Shown here piece by piece: positions 38,365 to 45,925 of a DNA stretch of 64,000 bases; within the stretch, counting starts at the first letter, position 1, and the number at the start of each line of letters is the position of its first letter. Source of the stretch: an uncultured Candidatus Saccharibacteria bacterium (GTDB taxonomy: Bacteria > Patescibacteriota > Minisyncoccia > Phycocordibacterales > UBA1550); NCBI GenBank assembly GCA_964457625.1, contig CAYWES010000001.1:17725-81724 (forward strand). Direction: 5' to 3'. Below the pieces are notes generated by a model. It worked only from the letters and a program-made list of their open reading frames with translations. It ran no database searches and had not been told where the DNA came from. The position numbers were made by a program, and so were the translations under genes.

Positions 38365-39084
38365 TTAGCGTAGTACTTTTTCTATTTGTGCTTTTACGGT
38401 GAGGTATGATTGCGCTCCTTCAATGATGTCGACAATTTTTCCATTCACGACAATCAAAGAGTGTGGGGTACCGCTTACTCCCGCATTATTGCCACTCATC
38501 ATATCCATCTCAACGAGGGTGCTCATCTCACCGCTCTCTAGACAGGTATTGAAGGCATCCTCGTCAATACCGAGCCCGGAAGCAAAGACAGGAAGGTCTA
38601 GGAGATTAAGACCATCATTTGAAGTGGTTACACGAAAGATAGTGTCAACGTACTGCCAAAATTGTGTATTTCCACCAAGGCGCGCAACACATTCTGTTGC
38701 CTCTGCTTCTTTGAAAGCTTTTACATGGAAGGGGAGAGGGAAGTGGCGATACACCCAAGCAACTTCTCCTTCTGCACCAAACTGAGCCATGATTTGGTTC
38801 ATTGTAGTGTGAAATACTTTACAATACGGACACTCAAGGTCTGAGTATTCTACGATAAATACCTTCGCCTGAGGGTTTCCTCGAATGTGATCCGCTTCTG
38901 TGATAGGCTCAAGCGTTATGTTTGAAGGTATCCCTGGGGCAGAGTTCCGTTCAGTATTTCCAAAAGAGGAGGGAGTAGTACCTCCTCCAAAGATTATTGC
39001 TGCGGCAATGATGAGCCCCGCAACAATAATTGCTCCCGGAATGGCGAATGTATTGCTGGCAGGGGATGTCTTTGTGTCTTCCAT
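38365..39084 (-). CDS. DsbA-family thiol:disulfide oxidoreductase, membrane-anchored
   Basis: CPYC active site (YSDLECPYCKVFH). N-terminal TM helix. Start moved to MEDTKTS. Confidence 0.8.
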   Translation of the reverse strand: MEDTKTSPASNTFAIPGAIIVAGLIIAAAIIFGGGTTPSSFGNTERNSAPGIPSNITLEPITEADHIRGNPQAKVFIVEYSDLECPYCKVFHTTMNQIMAQFGAEGEVAWVYRHFPLPFHVKAFKEAEATECVARLGGNTQFWQYVDTIFRVTTSNDGLNLLDLPVFASGLGIDEDAFNTCLESGEMSTLVEMDMMSGNNAGVSGTPHSLIVVNGKIVDIIEGAQSYLTVKAQIEKVLR

Positions 39085-39153
39085 GTGTTTGTATAAACTA
39101 TATGATGAATAATACCAGTAAGTATATATCATCTGGCACAAAATGTCCTAGTA

Positions 39154-39163
39154 TGCTTATAAT
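39154..39163 (+). promoter_or_regulatory. -10 box TGCTTATAAT, 5 nt before the engB ATG (leaderless candidate)
   Basis: TATAAT at 39158-39163; ATG at 39169. Confidence 0.35.
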
Positions 39164-39168
39164 AGTAT

Positions 39169-39750
39169 ATGGATATTTCTCAAGCTCGATTTATAAAAGG
39201 GATTATTGGGACAGACCCTATCCTCAAAGACGGTAAACGACAGGTTGCCTTTGTGGGTCGATCCAATGCGGGAAAGTCGAGTGTTATCAACTCGCTTCTG
39301 GGGCGCAAGGACTTGGTAAAATCAAGCTCTCTCCCCGGAAAAACAAAAGAGATTAATTTTTTTCTCGTTAACGAATCTTCGTACTTCGTGGATCTCCCCG
39401 GGTATGGGTACGCACGTATGGGTGCTCGTGGTGCGGACAAGATTCGCAAGCTGATTCTCTGGTATCTGGGAAGCGGAGAGGCGCGTCCTCGTCTCGTCGT
39501 CGTGGTAGTGGATGCGGGAGTGCCACCAACTCCATACGATAAAGAGATGGTTGACCTTCTCCGTGCGGAACATCTCGACATGATCATTGTTGCAAACAAG
39601 ATGGATCGTTTGACGCAAGCCGAGCGTGCGCAAAGTATCAAAAATCTTGAAGAAGCATTTCTTGCTCCCGTATTTCCATATTCCGCGCGGACAAAGTTTG
39701 GGAAGGAGGAACTCTTTGAAGCTATCTCAGAGAGCGCGTTTTCCGCGTAA
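39169..39750 (+). CDS. engB: ribosome biogenesis GTP-binding protein YsxC/EngB
   Basis: VAFVGRSNAGKSSVINSLL, DLPGYGYA, ANKMDRL. Confidence 0.9.
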   Translation: MDISQARFIKGIIGTDPILKDGKRQVAFVGRSNAGKSSVINSLLGRKDLVKSSSLPGKTKEINFFLVNESSYFVDLPGYGYARMGARGADKIRKLILWYLGSGEARPRLVVVVVDAGVPPTPYDKEMVDLLRAEHLDMIIVANKMDRLTQAERAQSIKNLEEAFLAPVFPYSARTKFGKEELFEAISESAFSA

Positions 39751-39810
39751 GCGTCATAGGATAAACACACGCAATCTGTTTTTCCCAAGGAATTCCTTAC
39801 AAAAAGCCTA

Positions 39811-39821
39811 GGGGGGGGGGG
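39811..39821. repeat. G11 homopolymeric tract
   Basis: Eleven consecutive G directly abutting TAAAAT (39822-39827), 39 nt upstream of ATG 39861. Confidence 0.95.
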
Positions 39822-39860
39822 TAAAATAAAAAAGTTATTACCCATTAACTTCAACCAAAT

Positions 39861-41000
39861 ATGTTTAATCCCGCAGGCAGAATATCGCGACAGCGTTATT
39901 GGGGGGTAGGTATCCCGCTCTCCATACTTTCAATCTGTTTGGCGATATTGTTAATAGTCGCGCTTCCTTTAATAGCTCTTACCAATTTTTTCTCTCCTCC
40001 TCTGGGAACGTTTATACTCATCGCGGGGTATGCACTCTCAATACCCATTGCGTATGTAAACATTGTCCTACATATCCGCCGTTTTCATGACAGAGATAAA
40101 AGTGGTTGGTGGGTGTTGGTTGGCTTTATTCCAATTATTGGTCCTCTCTGGCTTCTCGTTGAATGTGGATTTTTGCGGGGTACGGTAGGGGCAAACAGGT
40201 TTGGTGAAGATCCTGTCATCTCAGATAGAATGGACCCCGTTTTTAAATGGACACTCATTGGATTTGGAGCAATCATCGTAATCTTGATTGTGTGGAGATT
40301 ATTGTGGGCATATACCCAAGTAAAAAACGATCAAGCCCGATACACGAGCCAGGCAACAACTTCTCCTGAAGGAACCATAAACTTAAGTTTGGAACCTACT
40401 GTTTCGTGGGATGGACTTGACGACAGTAACACCATCACACCCCTCGCCCAACCGACAACAGCAGGCTCTTCCCCTGTAACAATAACCGATGTGTCCACAA
40501 ATGTTTCCCAGGTAAATTGTGATGATAATTGGCAATGTCTTATTTTGGCCGCTAGCCAATGCCGACCAGCGACTGGAACTATCAATTATAATAATCTTCC
40601 CACTCCCCCTTTTGGAGAAGTCTTACTGACTTCAGGAAGAACGAAATATGAGGTTAAAAAATCTGGTAATAGTTGTACATTGGTTTATTCCATGATAAGT
40701 GCATCCTTCGCTCTTTCAGCTGAAGGACGCTCAATGGCGGTCGCTCAAGGTCTTACTGATGCGGAAATTGACGACCAAGTGAAAGCTATGAATGACAGTA
40801 CCAACGATGCTATCGGACGACTAGTAACGTGCACGGCTAGCGGTAATGTTATCGCCTCATATCTCTCAGATACAAAGAATGGTATTCGTGGTGAGGTTAC
40901 TTGGATCATGGACTTTACTCCTGGTTCTGTTATGCAATCTAGAGTAACTACGTCTTCGGGAGAGGACTTTATATGCTCACACTCATCCCCATTAGAGTAG
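39861..41000 (+). CDS. DUF805-family membrane protein fused to a Cys-containing C-terminal extracytoplasmic domain
   Basis: RISRQRYWGV…RRFHDRDKSGWW…FGEDP (DUF805 hallmarks), then one more TM helix and about 220 aa rich in Ser, Thr and Cys. Confidence 0.65.
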   Translation: MFNPAGRISRQRYWGVGIPLSILSICLAILLIVALPLIALTNFFSPPLGTFILIAGYALSIPIAYVNIVLHIRRFHDRDKSGWWVLVGFIPIIGPLWLLVECGFLRGTVGANRFGEDPVISDRMDPVFKWTLIGFGAIIVILIVWRLLWAYTQVKNDQARYTSQATTSPEGTINLSLEPTVSWDGLDDSNTITPLAQPTTAGSSPVTITDVSTNVSQVNCDDNWQCLILAASQCRPATGTINYNNLPTPPFGEVLLTSGRTKYEVKKSGNSCTLVYSMISASFALSAEGRSMAVAQGLTDAEIDDQVKAMNDSTNDAIGRLVTCTASGNVIASYLSDTKNGIRGEVTWIMDFTPGSVMQSRVTTSSGEDFICSHSSPLE

Positions 41001-41035
41001 ACCACATTTTCTTGTAGGCGCTTTGTTCTAAAGTA

Positions 41036-41044
41036 TGCTACTAT
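41036..41044 (+). promoter_or_regulatory. extended -10 box TGcTACTAT, 6 nt before ATG 41051 (leaderless candidate)
   Basis: TGCTACTAT at 41036-41044. Confidence 0.4.
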
Positions 41045-41050
41045 CCTGGT

Positions 41051-41983
41051 ATGGAGCGTAATCGTATAGTTTTTGCTATTTCTCTCATCGTACTCTTGGT
41101 TCTTGCCACAATCTCCGCAGTCTTTATTTGGAAAGGGGAGGAACGTGAACGTGATGACTTTCGTGTGGAGGTCGTGACAAGCTTTTATCCGCTCGCGTAT
41201 CTCGTGGAGGAAATCGGTGGACCACATGTGCGCGTGGTGAATCTCACCCCTCCCGGTGTGGAGTCCCATGATTTTGAGCCGACACTCAGAGACCTTGCAC
41301 GCATGGAGAAGGTAGATATTTTCTTCTATAATGGGGCAGGCTTGGAACCTTGGGTTCCAAAGTTTCTTTCGGGTGGTTTTGGATATCCTCATAGTATCGT
41401 AAATATGAGTGAAGGAATTGCCCAAGAAGGAACCCTCCTCATTCACGAAGGAAACACGATAGATCCTCATATATGGCTCGACCCCGCAATCTTTTTTCAA
41501 CAAGCCCTTCTTGTGCGTGAGGCGCTCATAAAAGCAGATCCTGAGAGGAAGCCTTATTATGACGAACGAACCAATATTCTTTTAGCAAAGCTCGAAATTC
41601 TTGATGGGGATTTTTTGCAAGGATTGCAAGAGTGTCTCCATAGAGATATTATTGTTTCCCACAAGGCGTTTGGATATATGGCGCGTGCGTACGGTCTCGT
41701 AGCGACATCCATCGCAGGGATTTCTCCTGATGAAGAGCCGTCCGCAAAAGCTCTTGCGGATCTTGTAGCGCTTGCGCGAGAGAAAAATATCAACCATATA
41801 TTTTTTGAATCATCAGAAAATGTACGCCTTTCAGAAACTATCGCGCGCGAAGTAGCTGGCGAAACGCTTGTGCTCCATACGTTGGAAAGTCTCACTCTTG
41901 AAGAGTCAAAGAAAGGAGAAAACTACATAACGATTATGTATAAGAATCTTGCAAATCTTCGCACCGCACTCCAATGTCATTAG
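41051..41983 (+). CDS. metal (Zn/Mn) ABC transporter substrate-binding protein, ZnuA/TroA family
   Basis: N-terminal TM/signal anchor. SFYPLAYLVEEIGG…DPHIWLDP…VSHKAFGY. Followed by ATPase and permease genes. Confidence 0.85.
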   Translation: MERNRIVFAISLIVLLVLATISAVFIWKGEERERDDFRVEVVTSFYPLAYLVEEIGGPHVRVVNLTPPGVESHDFEPTLRDLARMEKVDIFFYNGAGLEPWVPKFLSGGFGYPHSIVNMSEGIAQEGTLLIHEGNTIDPHIWLDPAIFFQQALLVREALIKADPERKPYYDERTNILLAKLEILDGDFLQGLQECLHRDIIVSHKAFGYMARAYGLVATSIAGISPDEEPSAKALADLVALAREKNINHIFFESSENVRLSETIAREVAGETLVLHTLESLTLEESKKGENYITIMYKNLANLRTALQCH

Positions 41984-42738
41984 AAAAACCCTTAATAGAG
42001 CTTGATGGCGTAGATTTCTCATATGGGGCAGGAGCCCCCGTGCTTCAGAATTTTTCTGTTTCTATTCGCAAGGGAGAATACTTAGGAATCATTGGACCCA
42101 ATGGAGGAGGTAAAACTACGCTCCTTAAAATAATTCTCGGACTCCTTCATCCTGATCAGGGTACCGTAAAGCTTTTTGGAAAAGATAGCCATGATTTCAA
42201 AGAGCGGCATCGTATTGGGTATGTACCCCAGCGTGCCACACAAGCCGACAAGGGGTTCCCGGCAACGGTATTTGAGGTGGTAAAGAGTGGTCGCACTGCT
42301 CGCTTGGGCTTTTTGCGCCCATTTGGGCAGGAGGACTTAGCTGTCGTCGAGCGTGTGATGGAGCTTGCGGGTATCGCACGATATCGTGATACGCTCGAAG
42401 GCGATTTATCGGGCGGGGAACGTCAGCGTGTGTTCATTGCTCGTGCGCTTGCGGGGGAACCCGAAGTGCTCATCCTCGACGAGCCGACTGTGGGTGTGGA
42501 TATTGGTGTACAAAAAACGTTTTATGATTTTTTGACAACACTCAATCGCGATCACCATATTACGATTATTTTTGTCTCACACGATGTTGATGCGATTTCT
42601 CGTGAAGCAATGACGCTTCTCTGTGTCAACCACAACCTCGTATGCTACGGACCATCAAACGAGCTCTTGAACGACCATGCTATTTTGGAGAGCCTCTATG
42701 GCGAACACAATATGAAGCGCCTTCACGAACATGCTTGA
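41974..42738 (+). CDS. metal ABC transporter ATP-binding protein (ZnuC-like)
   Basis: Walker A GPNGGGKTT, signature LSGGERQR, Walker B ILDEP. Confidence 0.9.
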   Translation: MSLEKPLIELDGVDFSYGAGAPVLQNFSVSIRKGEYLGIIGPNGGGKTTLLKIILGLLHPDQGTVKLFGKDSHDFKERHRIGYVPQRATQADKGFPATVFEVVKSGRTARLGFLRPFGQEDLAVVERVMELAGIARYRDTLEGDLSGGERQRVFIARALAGEPEVLILDEPTVGVDIGVQKTFYDFLTTLNRDHHITIIFVSHDVDAISREAMTLLCVNHNLVCYGPSNELLNDHAILESLYGEHNMKRLHEHA

Positions 42739-43558
42739 GATTTTTCAATACGACTTTATCATTCGTGCGTTTAGTGCAGGTATTGCGATTGGTATTATCG
42801 CGCCTCTTATCGGCATGTTTCTCGTGGTGCGTCGGTACTCTCTCATGGCGGACACACTGGCACACGTGTCACTTGCAGGCGTTGCCCTCGGACTTCTTCT
42901 TAAAATTAATCCTATCTTTACCGCGATAGGACTTTCTCTTTTGGCATCATGGGGGATAGAGCACTTGCGCCATTCTCGAAAAATATTTGGAGAATCAGTG
43001 CTCGCACTATTCCTTTCAGGTTCTCTTGCTTTTGCCGTAATCATTCTTTCTTTGGCGAATGGGTTTAATACCAACCTTTTTAGCTATCTCTTTGGAAGTA
43101 TTTCTACCGTCACTCCTCTAGATTTATGGGTTACCCTTGCACTTGCGGTTGTTGTGTTTTTAACAGTCATTCTTTTTTATAAAGAGCTGTTTTCGGTGTC
43201 ATTTGATGCAGATCTTGCGCGTGCACAAGGTCTCCCCGTGAAGCGTCTCAACCTCATTATTGTCATGCTTGCCGCGATTGCTGTTGCGCTCTCTATTCGT
43301 ATTGTGGGCGCGCTCTTGATTGGGGCGCTCATGGTGATTCCTGTTGTCGCAGCACTTCAATATGGGCGAGGATTCCGCACGACACTTCTCTTGTCCGTAT
43401 TTTTCTCGCTTATTTCGGTTCTCTCAGGGCTTTTCATCTCATATTACCTTGGTCTCGCATCTGGAGGTACTATCGTATTGGTTGCGCTCGGTATATTTTT
43501 GGCGAGTTTGTGCCTCTCCGGTTCACGGACTTTAAAGGGGCTCTCTTTTGGCAAATAG
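42731..43558 (+). CDS. metal ABC transporter permease (ZnuB-like)
   Basis: 275 aa, polytopic. ADTLAHVSLAGVALG motif typical of ABC-3 permeases. Confidence 0.88.
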   Translation: MLEIFQYDFIIRAFSAGIAIGIIAPLIGMFLVVRRYSLMADTLAHVSLAGVALGLLLKINPIFTAIGLSLLASWGIEHLRHSRKIFGESVLALFLSGSLAFAVIILSLANGFNTNLFSYLFGSISTVTPLDLWVTLALAVVVFLTVILFYKELFSVSFDADLARAQGLPVKRLNLIIVMLAAIAVALSIRIVGALLIGALMVIPVVAALQYGRGFRTTLLLSVFFSLISVLSGLFISYYLGLASGGTIVLVALGIFLASLCLSGSRTLKGLSFGK

Positions 43559-43567
43559 TCTATTTTC

Positions 43568-43576
43568 TGTTACACT
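43568..43576 (+). promoter_or_regulatory. extended -10 box TGtTACACT, 8 nt before ATG 43585 (leaderless candidate)
   Basis: TGTTACACT at 43568-43576. Confidence 0.35.
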
Positions 43577-43584
43577 CCCTCAGT

Positions 43585-43809
43585 ATGTTTAAAGAATATT
43601 TGCTCAAACAAATGATTAAGCGCCAAATGAAGGGCGTCCCTGAAGCGGAAGTTGATCGCATTATTAGCATCGTTTCCAAGAACCCTGATTTTTTCAAAAA
43701 AATTGGTGACGAAATAGAAAAAAAAGTAAAGTCAGGACGATCTCAACAGGCAGCTACTCTGGAGGTAATGCGCGCGCATCAGGCTGAGATTCAGAATCTC
43801 CTTAAATAA
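43585..43809 (+). CDS. small hypothetical protein
   Basis: 74 aa, helical and charged. Start moved to the ATG after the znuB-like stop. Confidence 0.4.
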   Translation: MFKEYLLKQMIKRQMKGVPEAEVDRIISIVSKNPDFFKKIGDEIEKKVKSGRSQQAATLEVMRAHQAEIQNLLK

Positions 43810-43810
43810 C

Positions 43811-44908
43811 ATGTCGCTTGCTATTGGTATTGTAGGGCTTCCCAATGTGGGAAAATCAACACTCTTCAACGCACTTACCAAAAAGTGTGTTGCCGCAGAG
43901 AACTATCCTTTTTGCACCATTGATCCTTCTGTGGGGGTTGTCGCGGTACCTGATGAGCGTCTCCAAAAGCTCGCGGAGTTTTCAGAAACTGCGCGTATCA
44001 TTCCTCCGGCTGTTGAATTTGTGGATATCGCAGGGCTCGTAAAAGGTGCGAGCGAAGGGGAAGGATTGGGGAATAAATTTCTCGCTCACATCCGTGAAGT
44101 GGATGCTATTGCAGAAGTGGTACGTATCTTTGAAGATGACAAGGTGATTCATGTGCATGGTGCCATTGATCCTGTTTCTGATATTGAGACGATTAATCTT
44201 GAGCTCATCATTGCCGACCAGCAGACGGTTGAGAAGCGTCTCGCAAATATCGAGCGTGATGTGAAGCGGGGGGACAAGGATGCACTCAAAGAAAAAGACG
44301 TAATTCAAAAAGTTTCGGGTACGCTTGCTTTGGGTAAGCTTGCGCGTTCAATGGAGCTCTCTCAGGACGAAATCCCCCTTGTAAAAGCACTCCACCTCCT
44401 CACTATGAAGCCCATCCTCTATGTGCTCAACAAGAAGTCCGGAGGCAAGAATCTTGATGAGATGAATGATGAACGGTATACAAGCCTCCTCGCATATATC
44501 AAAGAACAAGGCGCGCATTACGTGATTGTCGACGCCGGTGTTGAGCACGAACTTTCTCAGTTGGAAGGAGAAGACAAAGAAATGTTTCGCACAGAGCTTG
44601 GAGCATCGGATGATGGGGTCAACGATCTCATTCGTGCAAGCTATGCAATGTTAGGACTCATGACATATTTCACAACAGGGAAAGAAGAGACGCGCGGGTG
44701 GACGATAAAAGAGGGAAGTACGGCACCTATTGCAGGCACGGCCATTCATACGGATTTTAAAGATAAGTTCATTCGCGCGGAAGTTATTTTTTGGAGTGAT
44801 CTTCTTGGTGCGGGATCATATGCGAAGGCACGCGAGCAAGGTCTCGTACGCACTGAAGGGAAGGAGTATATTGTCAAAGATGGCGATGTGATTGAGTTTA
44901 AGATTTAG
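43811..44908 (+). CDS. ychF: redox-regulated ribosome-binding ATPase YchF
   Basis: [18 protein letters not shown], and a C-terminal TGS-like region [12 protein letters not shown]. Confidence 0.93.
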   Translation: MSLAIGIVGLPNVGKSTLFNALTKKCVAAENYPFCTIDPSVGVVAVPDERLQKLAEFSETARIIPPAVEFVDIAGLVKGASEGEGLGNKFLAHIREVDAIAEVVRIFEDDKVIHVHGAIDPVSDIETINLELIIADQQTVEKRLANIERDVKRGDKDALKEKDVIQKVSGTLALGKLARSMELSQDEIPLVKALHLLTMKPILYVLNKKSGGKNLDEMNDERYTSLLAYIKEQGAHYVIVDAGVEHELSQLEGEDKEMFRTELGASDDGVNDLIRASYAMLGLMTYFTTGKEETRGWTIKEGSTAPIAGTAIHTDFKDKFIRAEVIFWSDLLGAGSYAKAREQGLVRTEGKEYIVKDGDVIEFKI

Positions 44909-44925
44909 TGTATACTATATACATC

Positions 44926-45852
44926 ATGAATAAACGCATCGTACACACAACAGCAAAAGATTTTTTTATAAACTTGGGAATGGTCGGACTTCTTTACTTT
45001 CTCGTGGTGAATGTCCTCGTGCTTCTCTTTCGCACCATCGACAAAGTATTTTCCAGCGGTCAATTTTCATATTACAATCCTGATATAAGTTTTCCTCTCG
45101 CTGCACTTATCGTAGGATTTCCTCTGCTCCTTATCACCGGATACATCCTCCACGCTGGTGATGCACACCATCCCGGAAAAAAAGATCTCCCTGTGCGTAA
45201 ATGGCTCTCATACACCACACTCTTCATAGCAGGTGCTGTCCTCGTTATAGATCTCGTTATCCTCTTGAGTAAGTTCCTTCGTGGCGATGACCTCACAACA
45301 GCCTTTCTTTTGAAAGTCCTCGCGGTGTTTGCGGTCGCCCTCCTTGTATTTAGTTACTATATTATTGATCTTCGTTACAAAGGAAAACTTCCTCTTCGCG
45401 CGGGAGCAGCGTTTGATGCCACCCTTTTTGTCGTATTTGCAATTGGATTTGGTTTTTGGGGTTTTGGTTCTCCTGCGACACAACGAGCAGAGCGCTTTGA
45501 TACCGTACGTATCAATGATATGCAAAACATCCAATCCCATCTCTTGAGTTATTGGCAAGCAAAAGAAACTCTTCCGGAAACACTTGAGGAAGCAAGCGAT
45601 GCACTCAGGGGCATCAGCATCCCCAAGGATCCTCGCACGGGAGTTGCATATGGGTACGAAAAACGAGGAAATACAGAGTTTACTCTTTGCGCAGACTTTG
45701 AGCGAGCGACAAGAAGTTCATCGCAACAGACTCGTTTGGGAATCTACAACTCGGGATTGGAGTTTTGGGATCACGAAGCAGGGGAGACATGCTTCGACCG
45801 AAGCATTGACCCGGACCGATACCCTCCTTACCCTAAAGGACTTATACAGTAG
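44926..45852 (+). CDS. DUF5671-like membrane protein
   Basis: AKDFFINLGMVGLLYF… N-terminus, four or more TM helices, and a C-terminal soluble domain. Family assignment from memory. Confidence 0.5.
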   Translation: MNKRIVHTTAKDFFINLGMVGLLYFLVVNVLVLLFRTIDKVFSSGQFSYYNPDISFPLAALIVGFPLLLITGYILHAGDAHHPGKKDLPVRKWLSYTTLFIAGAVLVIDLVILLSKFLRGDDLTTAFLLKVLAVFAVALLVFSYYIIDLRYKGKLPLRAGAAFDATLFVVFAIGFGFWGFGSPATQRAERFDTVRINDMQNIQSHLLSYWQAKETLPETLEEASDALRGISIPKDPRTGVAYGYEKRGNTEFTLCADFERATRSSSQQTRLGIYNSGLEFWDHEAGETCFDRSIDPDRYPPYPKGLIQ

Positions 45853-45856
45853 CCCA

Positions 45857-45903
45857 CCTAACGCAAAACCGCCTCCTTGTTCAGGGGGCGGTTTTGCGTT
45901 AGG
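45857..45903 (+). terminator. long perfect hairpin (terminator candidate, no T-run)
   Basis: 17-bp stem CCTAACGCAAAACCGCC/GGCGGTTTTGCGTTAGG. Confidence 0.5.
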
Positions 45904-45925
45904 ATGAGGTAATATTTACGACATC

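Noticed and set aside
39180-39854. 224-aa minus-strand ORF covering engB.
   Set aside because: It is antisense to a clear EngB GTPase. It is Arg/Ser-rich and low in complexity.
40745-41503. 252-aa minus-strand ORF spanning the end of the DUF805 gene and the start of the znuA-like gene.
   Set aside because: It crosses an intergenic promoter region and is antisense to two supported genes.
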